Assembly (NCBI GenBank): GCA_000708835.1
Contig: DF237310.1
Span: 1 to 64,000, forward strand
Length of the DNA stretch: 64,000 nt
Reading direction: 5' to 3'
Source: Klebsormidium nitens
Taxonomy: Eukaryota > Plantae > Klebsormidiophyceae
The notes under the pieces are model-generated. The model was not told where the DNA came from and made no database searches. It was given only the letters and a program-made list of their open reading frames with translations. Positions 1-11,751 of this stretch are shown one piece after another. Each line of letters begins with the position of its first letter. Within the stretch, counting starts at the first letter, position 1. A program made the translations under genes and the position numbers.

Positions 1-57
1 TCTAATGATGGCGGCCATGATATCTGGAGGGAAAACATGAAGAGAGGGTTTTATCAT
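1..57 (-). CDS. Possible 5' end of an F-box-like gene running off the left edge
   Basis: The minus-strand frame is open from about 480 to position 1. The ATG at 57 gives MIKPSLHVFPPDIMAAIIR, which resembles an F-box start (xPxDIxxxI). Only 19 codons are visible. Confidence 0.25.
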   Translation of the reverse strand, partial: MIKPSLHVFPPDIMAAIIR

Positions 58-1108
58 TGAATGATCACGTGTAGGTAGAAAGGGAAGTTGGGTATGATAA
101 GAAGAAGTAGGCAGGGTTGCAGAAACAATGGTGTGAGGTGATGCCTCTGTGCAACCAGGGGGGCAGTAATTGGTGGTGGAAGAATGTGTAGGGTCAGGAA
201 AGTTGAAGGTGGCAAATGGAGCTGGAAAAGCTGTAATGGCAAACAAAAGCGGTTGCGGTTGGGGGCAAGAGAAAGCCTGAAGCATCGTGGATGTAGGGAA
301 AACAGCGATGGTGACTCCGACTCTAGCAGGATTGCCACATGCAAGAGAACAGGCACATGAGGGCATTGGGGCTGAGGCCCAGGTCTTGCCGGGTGCCAGA
401 CAGTCAAGTTGGTTGGGAATTATTCCGTCTGTTCCATCTTTAGAGAATGTCAGTTGTGTCTGGAAAAGGAAGGGTAGATAAGAAGCTAGTTAGATCCGGT
501 TAGCTCGTATCTAAGCCATCACAGCAGTGCTTTGGCTGGGGAAGGGGACGAGACGGTCGTTTATCACTGCATGCACTGCAGATCGCATTGTCGAACTGCA
601 TTGTCACCGTGATGCTTCACATTGCAAAGTGGCAAAGATCATAGCACGTTTTGCAGTCTCTGAGGTCCAAAAGAGACTTCAGTCAGTGCTTGAAAAATCG
701 CACCAAGTGCTCGCAGGTCATGCATTGTAGAGGAATCTCAAAGCCCCACAAGGGGTCGTTCCTTCAATGCCAGCTGAGTTAATCCTCAGCTGGCCTCTAG
801 CCTTGGCCTGTGCAGCACAGTGGCCCCCCAGTTTTCAAGGTCTTGCTGCGCATCTGTTACAGTGGTAGAGAAGAAGCATCCACACAAGCAGCTAAACGTT
901 TTAGCACTGTGCCTGGCCCTCACCAGACCACTTCTCTTCGAATTGGGACCACAAAGAAGAATAAGAGATTATCATAGTCAACGGACTGGGAGCAAAGTGT
1001 GACATTGGGCTTCCCCTTTGTTTGAACACGACTGATTGGCAGGTTTTGCACTTTAGCAGGGTTTTAACACCACCACTTTGGTTTGGGCAATCCGACGGGG
1101 TTAGCCAC

Positions 1109-4100
1109 ATGGTGGGGATATCGATAAGGCCGTCCGGCCTGTTCAGCGTGTTTCGTCCACGCGTTCCAGATGCCAAGAGCCCTGAGCACGTGCAGCGGTC
1201 ATTGCTCTTCTTTGGGGTGCTCGTTCACATCGACGATATCAAGCACAATCTGGGGCCAAAATGGGGGCCCTTCGCCGAGGAGCTGCGCATACGGCTGGAG
1301 CCCATAACCCTGACCCCCCATACCGAGATCTCAGACACAATGCTCTACAATGCGACGGACGAGATCATAGATCAGACAAAGAGCTGGAAGGAGGCGGACG
1401 AAGTCATGTGCTACTTGAAGAAAGTCTCAGGAACGATCGTGGCGAACGTTGCGGTGCCCACTGACTGGCGAGTCAAAGCGGACCTCCTCGCGACGTTTCA
1501 CCGGATGTATGACCGTTTGCAAAGGGAGGGAGTGAAGACCGAGAACACTTACGTGGAAGGGGTGTCGTCGTCCCAAGGGTTCATGGAGGTGCCCGTATGG
1601 TTCGGGACGTGCCGAATGCCGAGCGGGAGCCAGTCGTCGGAAGCATACTTTGGAACGGAGCGAGCGGACGAAGTCACGGTGGGCGTCACGCGGGTATCGA
1701 TTCCCGACACCGACAACGTCGCGCAGATGCACTCGACGCTCCCCTACCTGTGGTTCCATGACAATTTCCGCCCCGTCAAAAGCAAACGCAGCGTTGTTTT
1801 GATGAAGTGCATCGGGATGAACGACTACATTTTGAGGCATCACATGTCTCGCTATCAGATCCACATGCAGCAGCACGCGCACGGGCACGGGGTCGCTGCG
1901 AGAGAGTCGTGCATTTACGTGCACGGGTTCAACTCCAAGTTTGTCCACGCGGCCAGGAAGATGGCGCTCTGCGGGTACAAGATGCACGTCGACGCGCCGC
2001 TCTTCATGTTCAGCTGGCCGTCCTATCAGGTGGGCGCCGCCCTTTTCTGGCCCCTCTAGTTCTTTTCTGCCCCCTCTAGTCCTTTTCTGCCCCCTCATAT
2101 CTTTTTCTGCCTTCTCTGGGTTTTTTCTGCCCCTCTGATTTTATGTCTGCTTCCTCTAGTTCCCTCTGTCCTTGGCAGATTGGAACCAGCGGCCTGATTG
2201 AGTTGGGCACTTCCGAGTTCAGTCTATTTTGACATCACAACGCGCTTCTTGTTGAGCTGGACATTCTGTCCAGGTGGCCAGTGGTCTCTTATGCCCTCGT
2301 GGGATAATAGCACTCCATGGCTGGCCGGCCTACCAGGGGCGGTGCTAGCATTTCTATCATTATTTCGACTTCGGGGATTGTGCTCTTTTGTTGTGCCTCC
2401 AAGCTTTCATCCGTTCTTGGCATTATCTTTTCTCTTTCTTCTGTTCTTCGATCTAAACTAAAGGAGCTGCAAGCTGAACGGCATGAGCTCTTGCTCTTTC
2501 GGGTTCCTTGCCTTCAAGTCCAACTTTGGCCTTATTGGGGCGGCTTTCTCGGTGTGTCTCTTTGTGCCCACATTACGCATCGCCAGTCTGCTTCACCTGC
2601 GCAGTTTGCCTCCCTCTCAAACACTTCGACTGTGGCTGAAAGTTCAGCTCCGTTCAGTTGGCCTTCCCACCTGGGAGGCGGTGCCTCTCTTTTTCGTTCT
2701 ATGTCGCCTTGTTGGGCGATAGTGTGATCCGATCAAGCACCTTTCGGTGGTCGTGTCTGTGCCGGTTTTTCGTGTCTTCCTTGCCGTCCTATAAGATCCG
2801 CTTTCTTTTTCATCCCGTTCTACATCGTCTTGCCCTCAATGAGTAGGCAGCCTGTAAGGGAGTAGCCGTCCTTTGGCATTGATGTTCTGTTGCAGACGTG
2901 AAATTCAGCAGGTTCAATTGGGCAGGCGAGCGCCGCTTTCCTTCTCTTCAGCCACTTGGCTTCGCTGTTGAGTTATCACATGGAAACCGGCACGTCTATC
3001 TCCGCTTGGCCCTCATTCCAAGCGGATCAGAGGAGTGTTTTTCTCCTGTTTCGCTTCATCTCGACGAGAGTTTGCCTTCCAAAAGCGCCCTTCTGATACG
3101 CTTTGAAAGATCATGTGGCCACCGATGTTGCCCACTTGCATGGCAAAGTGACGTCCGAAGTGACGTCTTCGCTTTCGATGCAGGCCGTCGATCGTTACAA
3201 TGCGGACGAGGGAAACGCGATGTGGGCCGTCCCGCACTTCGTGGACTTCTTGACACGTGTTCTCACGGAGTTCAAGCTGGAGAAAGTGCACCTGATTGGT
3301 CACAGGTAGGAGCACAGAGAGATGATGGACCAGTTCGAGTCACGAAATATAACACCCAAAAGTAGTTGTCGGCGGTGGTGAGATTTCGCCATTACTGGCA
3401 CGATAAGTCGTGTTTGCATCAAAAGAACTGTCACTTGATGGACTCCCGAAAGTCGATGTAACGACTGACCGTTCTGAGGGCAGCTGATCGTGGATCTTGG
3501 TTCAGGAGCCTTTGATCAAACAGGGTTCCTTTGGGACAAGCTTCGTGGTCACGTCGGATAATCTACCGGGCTACTTTGCCCTTTGCTATCCTGATGTACT
3601 GACGACGAGCGCGGGCGCGTGTCGATACCGGTTGTTGGATCGATGCAGCGTCAGCCCAAACTTCTTTAATGTATCCAAAGCACTCACCTTGGGATCATCT
3701 TACAGTCCCGAGCTTCTGAATCTCAGATTCGGTCTTTCTGTCTAACGAGCAACCAAACGCGCCGCTCAACACTAACACGGGCGCAATTACTTGAAATCAC
3801 CGTTGAGGAACTGAAAGAAGTCAAGACTGTCAGAGGAGGCCGCGACGAAACCGCCACCAATTCTGTCGTTGCAGCATGGGCAGCCGCGTGATCTTGTATG
3901 CGCTCGCGCGTCTTCGCCCCGACCTCCTCCCCGAGGGCTCCGCCAAGCTGGGCCGCCTCGTGCTCGCGGCACCCGACTTCGACCTGGGGGAGTTCTACCT
4001 CATGCAAAAAGACCTGAGCCAAATGGTAGGACATCTTTGTCGTCGCGTTGTAAACGCCTGATCATCTACAAGGTTTTGCAGTTGCTTCGACTGGGTCTTC

Positions 4101-5138
4101 TTTTGGCTTGTTCCTCTTTTGCATCTTGCAACTGTGTGCTCGCGGGCGCCCGACTTCGACCTGGCGAGATCTACCTCATGCAGAAAGACCTCAGCAAAAT
4201 GGTAAGTGTATGCATGCCTTCTTCAACGTTCCAATCGTCTGCACGAATTATTTAGTCTTTCCACTTGGGTCGTCTGGTTTGCTGCTTTTCCGCATCTTGG
4301 ATCCCTATGCTCGCGGCGCCCGACTTCGACCTGGGGGGGGTTTACCTCATGCAGAAAGACCTCAGCAAGAGGGTAAGTAGACTGTATGCCTCCAAGCCGT
4401 ACCGTTCCTCTTTCCGCCAAATTGCCGTCTCCTCCTGTCCGTTCAGACTTGTCGGGTGATTGCCCTGGCAGCGCTCAGGTTGCCAGACTGGATTGGGAAA
4501 ATGTGACGTAGATATTTAGCGAATATTGTATCCGGCCATAGGTGTCTGTCACTATAACGGGGAGAAATGTGGTTCAAGAGACACCTGAACGACGCCGTTC
4601 CTTCGAAACTACAATCTGCATCGGAACCTTGGTTCTGACTCCGGTCCCATACGCCGACGCTTTCCCTTACGTCCGCACTCGCAAACAAGATTTCTTCACC
4701 AACCGACCGCCCTTACGTTTACACCCCCTCGCGCAGCTGGAACAAATCAACATCTACTCGTCCGCCAACGATCAGGCCCTGCATGTCTCGAAGCGGATCC
4801 ACGGGGGCCACCCCCGCCTAGGCGAGTTTCCAAGCAACCCCGGAACAAGGCCCTGGCACTTACCCTTCGCCGAAACCGTCGATCTAATCGACGCGACCGG
4901 GCTCGACCGAAGCGTCATCGGGCACGGTTACGTGTTCTCTCACGCGGGGGTTCTGCAGGACGCGTGCGAGTTCCTGCGTGACGGAATTCCGGCGGAACGG
5001 CGGCCGACGCTGCGGGCGACGGCGCTCCCGGGGGGGTTCCGGTACTACACGTTCCAGGGCGTGTCGGAGGCCCCCTCAGCGATCGAGACGGAGATGGGGG
5101 ACATGGAGGAGTCGCTGGATGGGGACGAGGACGAGTGA
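1109..5138 (+). CDS. DUF900-family alpha/beta hydrolase, about 531 aa
   Basis: Exons 1109-2029, 3184-3305, 3875-4025 and 4737-5138, all GT-AG with consistent phases. Motifs: VPVWFGTCR, IYVHGFNS, FSWPS, nucleophile elbow GHSMG split by intron 2 (CAC AG|C ATG GGC), LAAPDFD, YSSANDQAL, and GHGY. The start codon is uncertain. Confidence 0.85.
2041..2170 (+). repeat. Pyrimidine-rich ~20-bp tandem repeat in intron 1
   Basis: About 6-7 degenerate copies of (t)cttttctgccccctctag start just after the donor at 2030. Confidence 0.8.
4136..4378 (+). repeat. Two intronic copies of the 3' end of hydrolase exon 3 with donor sites
   Basis: 4136-4207 and 4308-4378 repeat gtgctcgcggcacccgacttcgacctggg...cagaaagacctcagc, and each ends in GTAAGT. 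Confidence 0.9.
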
Positions 5139-6744
5139 CGTGGGCGGGTTTGTGAATAGCGTAAGGGATGTGTACAGCGGTCGGGATAGCAGTGCGCAAA
5201 TGCGCAATAAAGCGGACAGAATGAGTGTCATTGCTGAGAATCTTTTTGCCGTTGGGATGGGCGAGAGGCTGGCAACCAAGGAGCGTGTTAGAGGAGATTG
5301 ATTGAGTGAAGGATCTGGTGATTGAATGATCTGACAAGTTTGTGCAAGTGTTGAGTGGGATGCTCTAGGTTTCACGCCACGGAGGCAAGCAGTCAGGCTG
5401 TGCAACAATTGCCAAGGCGGGCATGCAGTCTTAGACGTCGTGCTTAGCAAATCGAAGTCAGAAATGTGCGATAGCGTGACATCTGTGTGGACAAGCCCTG
5501 TACACTTCCTTAGTGATTGCTGAGCGGCAGCTTCACAAAGAGTATCGTATATAGTGTCGAAGATCTGGACACTTAGCAAATCACTAATAGCCGCGAGGAT
5601 GCACAGTCCGCCTAAGCTTTCAATCACCCATCAATTCCAGCACATCTACATGGTGCCAGCGTGGCATGTGCAGACAGAGTCCGAACTGGCACATGCAAAA
5701 AAGGCTCAAGGAACTGCCATGCACAGTAAAAGACAGCCATGCCGGGGCACACGATGAACGGCCCCACTCCGAGTCGAGCACCTGGCACATCAGTGTGTTC
5801 ATATGTCATACCGTTAATTCGGTTCAGAAGCGAGCGGCTGCTTTAGCCGGCCAGGTACCAGGACGATTGTATCACCCGGCCGACCCGGGCGCGCCTAGCA
5901 AACAATTTTGCCGAGTGCAGTTCGCCTTTTATTGCACGTTGATGTATGATATGACCGTTCGATCAGCAACTTTGCATGCATCGGATATATAAGTGGTCTG
6001 GCTTCATGCACCGCATGACTCGCTTACCTTCAAGTAACCAATCAGCAACTAAGACATGTTCAATTCAATATAATGGATCGAGTCGCATTTATCAGAGTAT
6101 ACGTTTATCTACTAAGTGGACCAAATTGCATTTCAATCTACTTACGTGCACCATGTGCATTAGATGTACGTACATCCGGTATAAGTGCGTTACCGCAAGC
6201 ATCTATCTGGATCTGCCACCCGGCCAGTGAAATCGGGCATGCACCCGTATCGGAGAGCAAGCACAAAAGCAAGGCTTTGTAGAACAGGCCCCGTTCATAG
6301 GAAATTCGACTCTGCCTTCAGGACGCCAAGCACATCAATAATGTCAGATCAAATGCTCGTCCGCGCTGCGGCGCAGCTCCTTCTGATTCTTCAAGATCCC
6401 GTGAAACAAAATTTCGGAAATCGCTGAGCAGGTCCAGCCATGTACTGTTACGCCACAAAGACGTGAATGTCCTTATAAGGCATCCAGCTTCTAATCAGTC
6501 GAGAGCCCCTTTCTACATTCCAGCCATGTACTAGCAACTCACAAAGACGTAAACGTCCTTAAGATTCATATCTAGATTCCGAAAACTCAAAGGGCTCTTT
6601 CTAAGGACAATTCAGCAGATTGCGACTGGAATTCCAAAGCAAAACGTCCGTCCCTCAGCTTCTAACCCTCGACGGACCCTGAATCTCTAAGAAGCTTTGC
6701 GTTGCTTGCCAAGCGTACGCATATCACCCAACGCACGGATGAGT

Positions 6745-9700
6745 CTATTGCTTGGGGCTTCGAAAGCGACGAGCGACTACCTTGATAGTCACGGCACCCG
6801 TGCTGCCCAAAAACCTCTCCGACGTTCTCGCCTCCTCCCAGGAGACATTAAGCGCACCCCAAAGTCCCCAGCCGCTGCTACTCTCGTCTTTTGGCACGAC
6901 GCTGAATGCTTCCGGATCGGTTTTGCCGCAGAACTTCCAGATGTCATTCGGCCAGATTTTCACGAAGAACTGTGCCTCAACCTCATCCGCGGTGCTGGAG
7001 GCCTCGGGTGACCCATTGGAAGCAGGCTTGCAGCACAAGTTGACACTCACGGTGGGCACCGGAGTCTTCGTTTGGTCTAACTCAACGTACCATTCTTTCC
7101 CAAACCACAGCGCCGACCTTGACGACAGCCTCGTTCCTGGCTCGTCCAGAACAAATTCGCTGATGATCTCCAGGTGGACGTCTCGCACGCCCTTTCTTTG
7201 ACACGCAACTTTCCCGAGTGCTTCCTTCTTCGCGTCAGAGTAGGCTTGGAATCGAAAAGCGTTGTTGATAAGCGCTTGAGTGGGCTCCGATTGCATCTCC
7301 GGAGCGGCGAGAAGTGATTCCAGAAACTCCCCGTCGATGCAGAAGAACCGGATGTGCTGCGTCAGCTTATCGACCAGACGTCTCCTCTCACTTTCAGACT
7401 GGTAGCTCCCTCTGATCCAGGCCAGGCTCTTCTCGACAATCTCTTGCTCGGAGTCCGCTTCGAGCTCCTCAGACTGAAGCAGAATCTCGAGCACCTCGGG
7501 GCTCAGGCTCAGGTCAAACTCTTCAGAGTCCCAAGTCACGCTGACGTCCTTGAACGCCTCGATGACGTGGGCACGTGCCTCGTCTACGGCTCTCTTGACT
7601 CTTTCGAACTGGAAGAGAATCTCCGGCAGCTGGTCTACGAGGACGGCACTGTCGGAAACGCTCTTCTCTCGCTTGCTCAGGCATTCTAGAACGGCGCCCA
7701 TCAGAGACGGAACCTCGAATTTGTCGCCCAGAACGAGGAGCCGCACGGAATCGCGCACATTGGTGGCCGGGTCGTGGAACCGGGGGGCGAGGCTGCCGGC
7801 GTAGAAGAAGCGGATCATCTCCTTGAACGCGTCATTCTCTGCAGAGGATGAAATGAGGTTGTCATTTCAATAAGCCATACCTTGCCCTGCAGAGACTTTT
7901 AGCCTAATGAGCCATACCTTTTTCCAACTCTATTCGACCAAACGCGTGGGTGAGATGAGAATGTTTTGCGAAGCCTCTCTTTTCCACCAGGGTGACTGCA
8001 CGACTCTGAGCGCTGAGAAGACTCGAGCTTGATTGCCTTGACAGCTGTCCCAAAGCGTTACAGCTGAGGAGCTGATGCAAATTGCAGTTTATCGGCATGT
8101 AATGGGGGGTGAATCCAACGTCCCTGCGATCAAAGAGAAGCAAACCCACTTCTCCGATCCGCTAATATGGTTTTCTGTGAAATTTGTCCTTCTAATCAAG
8201 CGCGATTAGAACTGGCATGAGCGAGTAAGGACTTTGGGGGATCTCAATCCAGGCCGGGCTTCACAAATTGAAGCTTGGAAGCGACTACCCATGAATCTGT
8301 ATCTTCTGCACGAAGTATCGACGACAGGTGTGTCTCCCGAAAAGATCGTGGGCTTTGTGAGCTACGATGATCAAAGGAATGGAGTGACACAGACTCAAGT
8401 GCAGCCCGCTAGTATCACTGAATCAAATTCACCCCCTGAAGCAAGTAGAAATGCGCTCATTGTTACCTTCGTTGGTAACTCTGATGATAATGGGAGCGCC
8501 CTTGTCCGACTCTCGCATCCCGGAGAAGAGCATCTTCTGCAGAACCAGGCTCTTCGCAGCGACGACGATCGAGCTCACGGGAATCTCTTCACAACACGCC
8601 AGTTCGGATCCTGCGACAGAAAGCCCGGGCTTGTACCGTCAGTTTTCTATAGGTGGCACTTCAGAGTGGGCGTCATTGAACAGGCCAAACCTTTTGCCAG
8701 ATGGGGTGGTTTTCAGGGAGCTACAGAATTTGAATCTCACTTGATGACAGTGACGCGTGTTCCTTCACGTTTTCTTTTGAAGCGTTATGTGGGACTGGGT
8801 ATATACCGCTGTCGGAAACTTTCTCTGCGCCTCGTGATTCAGCACGAAGATGCATATCAACGGCTTATTCTCCTTACAGTGCCGTGCCGAAGATACTTGG
8901 GCTCTTCAAGCGAGAGCCTCTGGGCTCGATCACGAGCAAAATTGGGGTATCAACTGGAAGATGAGAAAGATCAACTCATTCCCCACATCCAAAACCTCTA
9001 TCGAAGAACCAAGTCTCACGTGCAATTGTATAAGAACCCGACCGCCAATACGTATGCGGAAACCACTGGGCCTTGATGTGCAGACAGCATTCAGCGTTGG
9101 ATATCGCTTCTCAACATAGCACCTTCACTTTAGAAGACAAAGATTGTCACAGAACCAGGCTCTTCTATGAGCTCAACAGTTCCTTTCATAGGGAAGGATG
9201 CACTTCTAGAATTTGACTTTGCATGGGGAGCCGTCCTTATTGAACCCATCAAAAGAGAAGCATCATTTGCTTGAAACCAAGGAAAAGTAGCACTGGAAGG
9301 GGCCCACCTTCCTCGCTGTCGGCTAGGATCTCCAAGCAGATGGTCCGATCGCACACCTCCATTCTCCTGCGCCGCACGAAAACGCGACGATGAAGTCTCG
9401 CTCTGTGCTCGTATTTCAGGGCATCAGAAGCTTGCACACCTCGAGCGACCCCTGGAGCTTTGCTTTGTCGCAACGATCTAGATCGGGGACTAGAAAAACT
9501 AGCCTAAAGTAAAAGGGAACAGTTTTCGGGCGTAAGACAGCAGGAACGAACACGGTGGCACTCGTCTCGACGGTCATCTTTTTGCAGCGGCCCTGCTCTT
9601 CATGCATTCTGTATGTCTTGTCAACAGACATCGCCTTGGACGCTTAAGCAACCCACCCTCTTCTTCGCAGAGCCCAAAACCCAAGCCGAGCACGTTATCA

Positions 9701-9910
9701 TCAAGATAGCCTTGATTGTGTGGAATGCGCAGAAAAGACCTTTGTTGTGGACACCACATTGCCCTGTAATCTTAGTCTACACTTCATTCCCTGACCGTTC
9801 AAAGTTTTCTTCAATTGCGCTCACCTGTAGAATCTGGCGAAGTCGAAGTAATGGCCCGCCTCGTCCAGGGCGTTCTCTGATGCTGAGCCATGTGTCTTCT
9901 CCTCCGCCAT
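6745..9910 (-). CDS. BTB/POZ-BACK domain protein, about 460 aa
   Basis: Exons 9910-9825, 9366-9308, 8610-8467 and 7838-6745, with consistent phases. The spliced N-terminus reads YFDFARFYRRMEVCDRTICLEI...VSSIVVAAKSLVLQKMLFSGMRESD...EENDAFKEMIRFFYAG (BTB). It is followed by BACK-like LSPEVLEILLQSEELEADSEQEIVEKSLAWIR and a C-terminal WFGKEWYVEL beta region. Confidence 0.85.
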
Positions 9911-11751
9911 TCTCCTTGATAAGCTTCCGTTGACCACAATCAAAGGCATCTGCGGATAAGTCTGCAGACGGTCTGAAAAGAACTGCCCCGCCGCGGCGTT
10001 CAATCAGGCCCAGGCGCTGATGTTGAGGTGTGTCCGCCGTGCTTCCCTTGACAGGGGGCGCAATGAGTTCAAAGCAAACTCCGAACTTGAGCTTCACAGC
10101 TTCATCCGAACGTGCGCAATCTGCGCGCGGCCGCCCAAGGTTGTTGCTCCAAGAGACCTATAAGCTAGCTTTCACCTGTATAAAGAGGCTTGATCTCACT
10201 GGGTTCGCAAAGCAACCTAAGGAGCAGTGCTGCCCTCTTCAAGCAGATTGAATGTGGTCTCAGGCGGCTTCAGGAGAAGACTTCGCCCTTTTCGGGGCAT
10301 ACTCTCGAGCTTCCACCCAAACCGCACTTTCTGTCTTTCCCCCAGTGCTTGCATGCACTGGGGGAAGGTCGTCGAGATTGATATCAGCTCCGATCGTCGA
10401 GCTTGTGAAGATCTTGGAGGCTCCAATGCGAAAGAGCTTACATCTGTCACTGCAGATGTCCCACCTGAATACTTCTGCGTGGCCATGCATTGCGTGCGGT
10501 GTTCAAAATGGCAGTCCTTGGTCGGACGCTTTCTATGCCGTGCACTGATCTGCTTTCACCGCTGTTTGTCCGGTGGCGAAACTGCCCAGGCGCTCCAATT
10601 GGGATCCCTCAGGGCGTATGTAGCTTGAAACTAGCTTTTTGGATACACTCACAATTGGATATGCCGGCGACACGAGGGGGCAGTCTATGGGAACTTTCAG
10701 CGTACATATGCGCGTCAAGTGCATACGGTAGACCGAATATTCCGGCCAAGAGATACTTGGGAATGTGTGACAGCGAAAGATGAGAATAAGTACACACCTT
10801 CTTTTCTGATGATCGAAGTCAATGTTATTACGTCACAAGTCGCAACTTATTGCGGCCTCGTTGCACCGTTTGACTCTGATCTCCAACAACGACGATGCAT
10901 GGCCGGCGGCCGTGGTTCTTTGCAATTGTCGAGCTGCCAGCGATTAGGGCGTTGGGTTGATTGAGTGGTTCGTACGACGGTTCCCGGCCTGTGCTTTGCG
11001 CGGCTAAGCACGTTGATGCAGTCCCCCTGACGAGCTACGACAGATGCATGCCACGTGCCCAAACGCTGAAACTGATGTGACAGTGACGGCAAACGAGAAA
11101 GTCGTGATGAAGGTCGAAGTCTGAGTTTGAATGGAGCGGCGCACTAGTTTTCGCCGACTCATTGAACCCTGAAATCATTCGATAAGTTTCCAGATGAATT
11201 TACAGAGAGGTTCTGGGGCAAAAGTAGCAATTATCACGTGAAGCAAGTGCTAAGGTGCTACTCCTTGCAAAGATTGATGCTCACTGTTCACAATGATTGG
11301 CGACATCAGCCTCCAAATGCTTGTTCGACATGTGGAGAGGGTTTCGAACTACACCGTATCCGGAAATACTTTATCCCGACCAGTAACAGCGAAAGTGTCC
11401 ACCATCTGTCTACGCCAACGAATGCAACCGTGCAAGCCAAAGTGCCAACACGCAACTCTACTGTGGTTAGCCAAAACTTGGCATACAAATTAGGCTAAAA
11501 ATTGCCGGTATCGCGCTTCCAAAAGCTATTGCTAGCGCTCTCAACGCTCCACTAAACGATACTTGCGACAACAGACCCTTATAAAATAGAATCAACCGAC
11601 GCCTTGATGTAGACATCCAACACGCCGGGTCTCATATAGCGAGAACTTGCAACCCAGTCATAGTCCAGACCCTTTCTACGTAAAAACCAGGCGGTATTGA
11701 ATCTAAAAACGGTTTATCCAATTTCAGTACCCGCCAGCGGTGCGTGAACCC

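Noticed and set aside
2179-2725. Hydrophobic ORFs (2198-2461, 2317-2727, 2483-2722) as hydrolase exons
   Set aside because: A direct 2029-3184 splice restores the DUF900 spacing (FSWPSYQ|AVDRYNADE). The hydrophobicity comes from T/C-rich intron repeats.
7904-8149. 81-aa ORF as the BTB N-terminus
   Set aside because: A better BTB segment is encoded by 8610-8467 and joins in phase to 7838.
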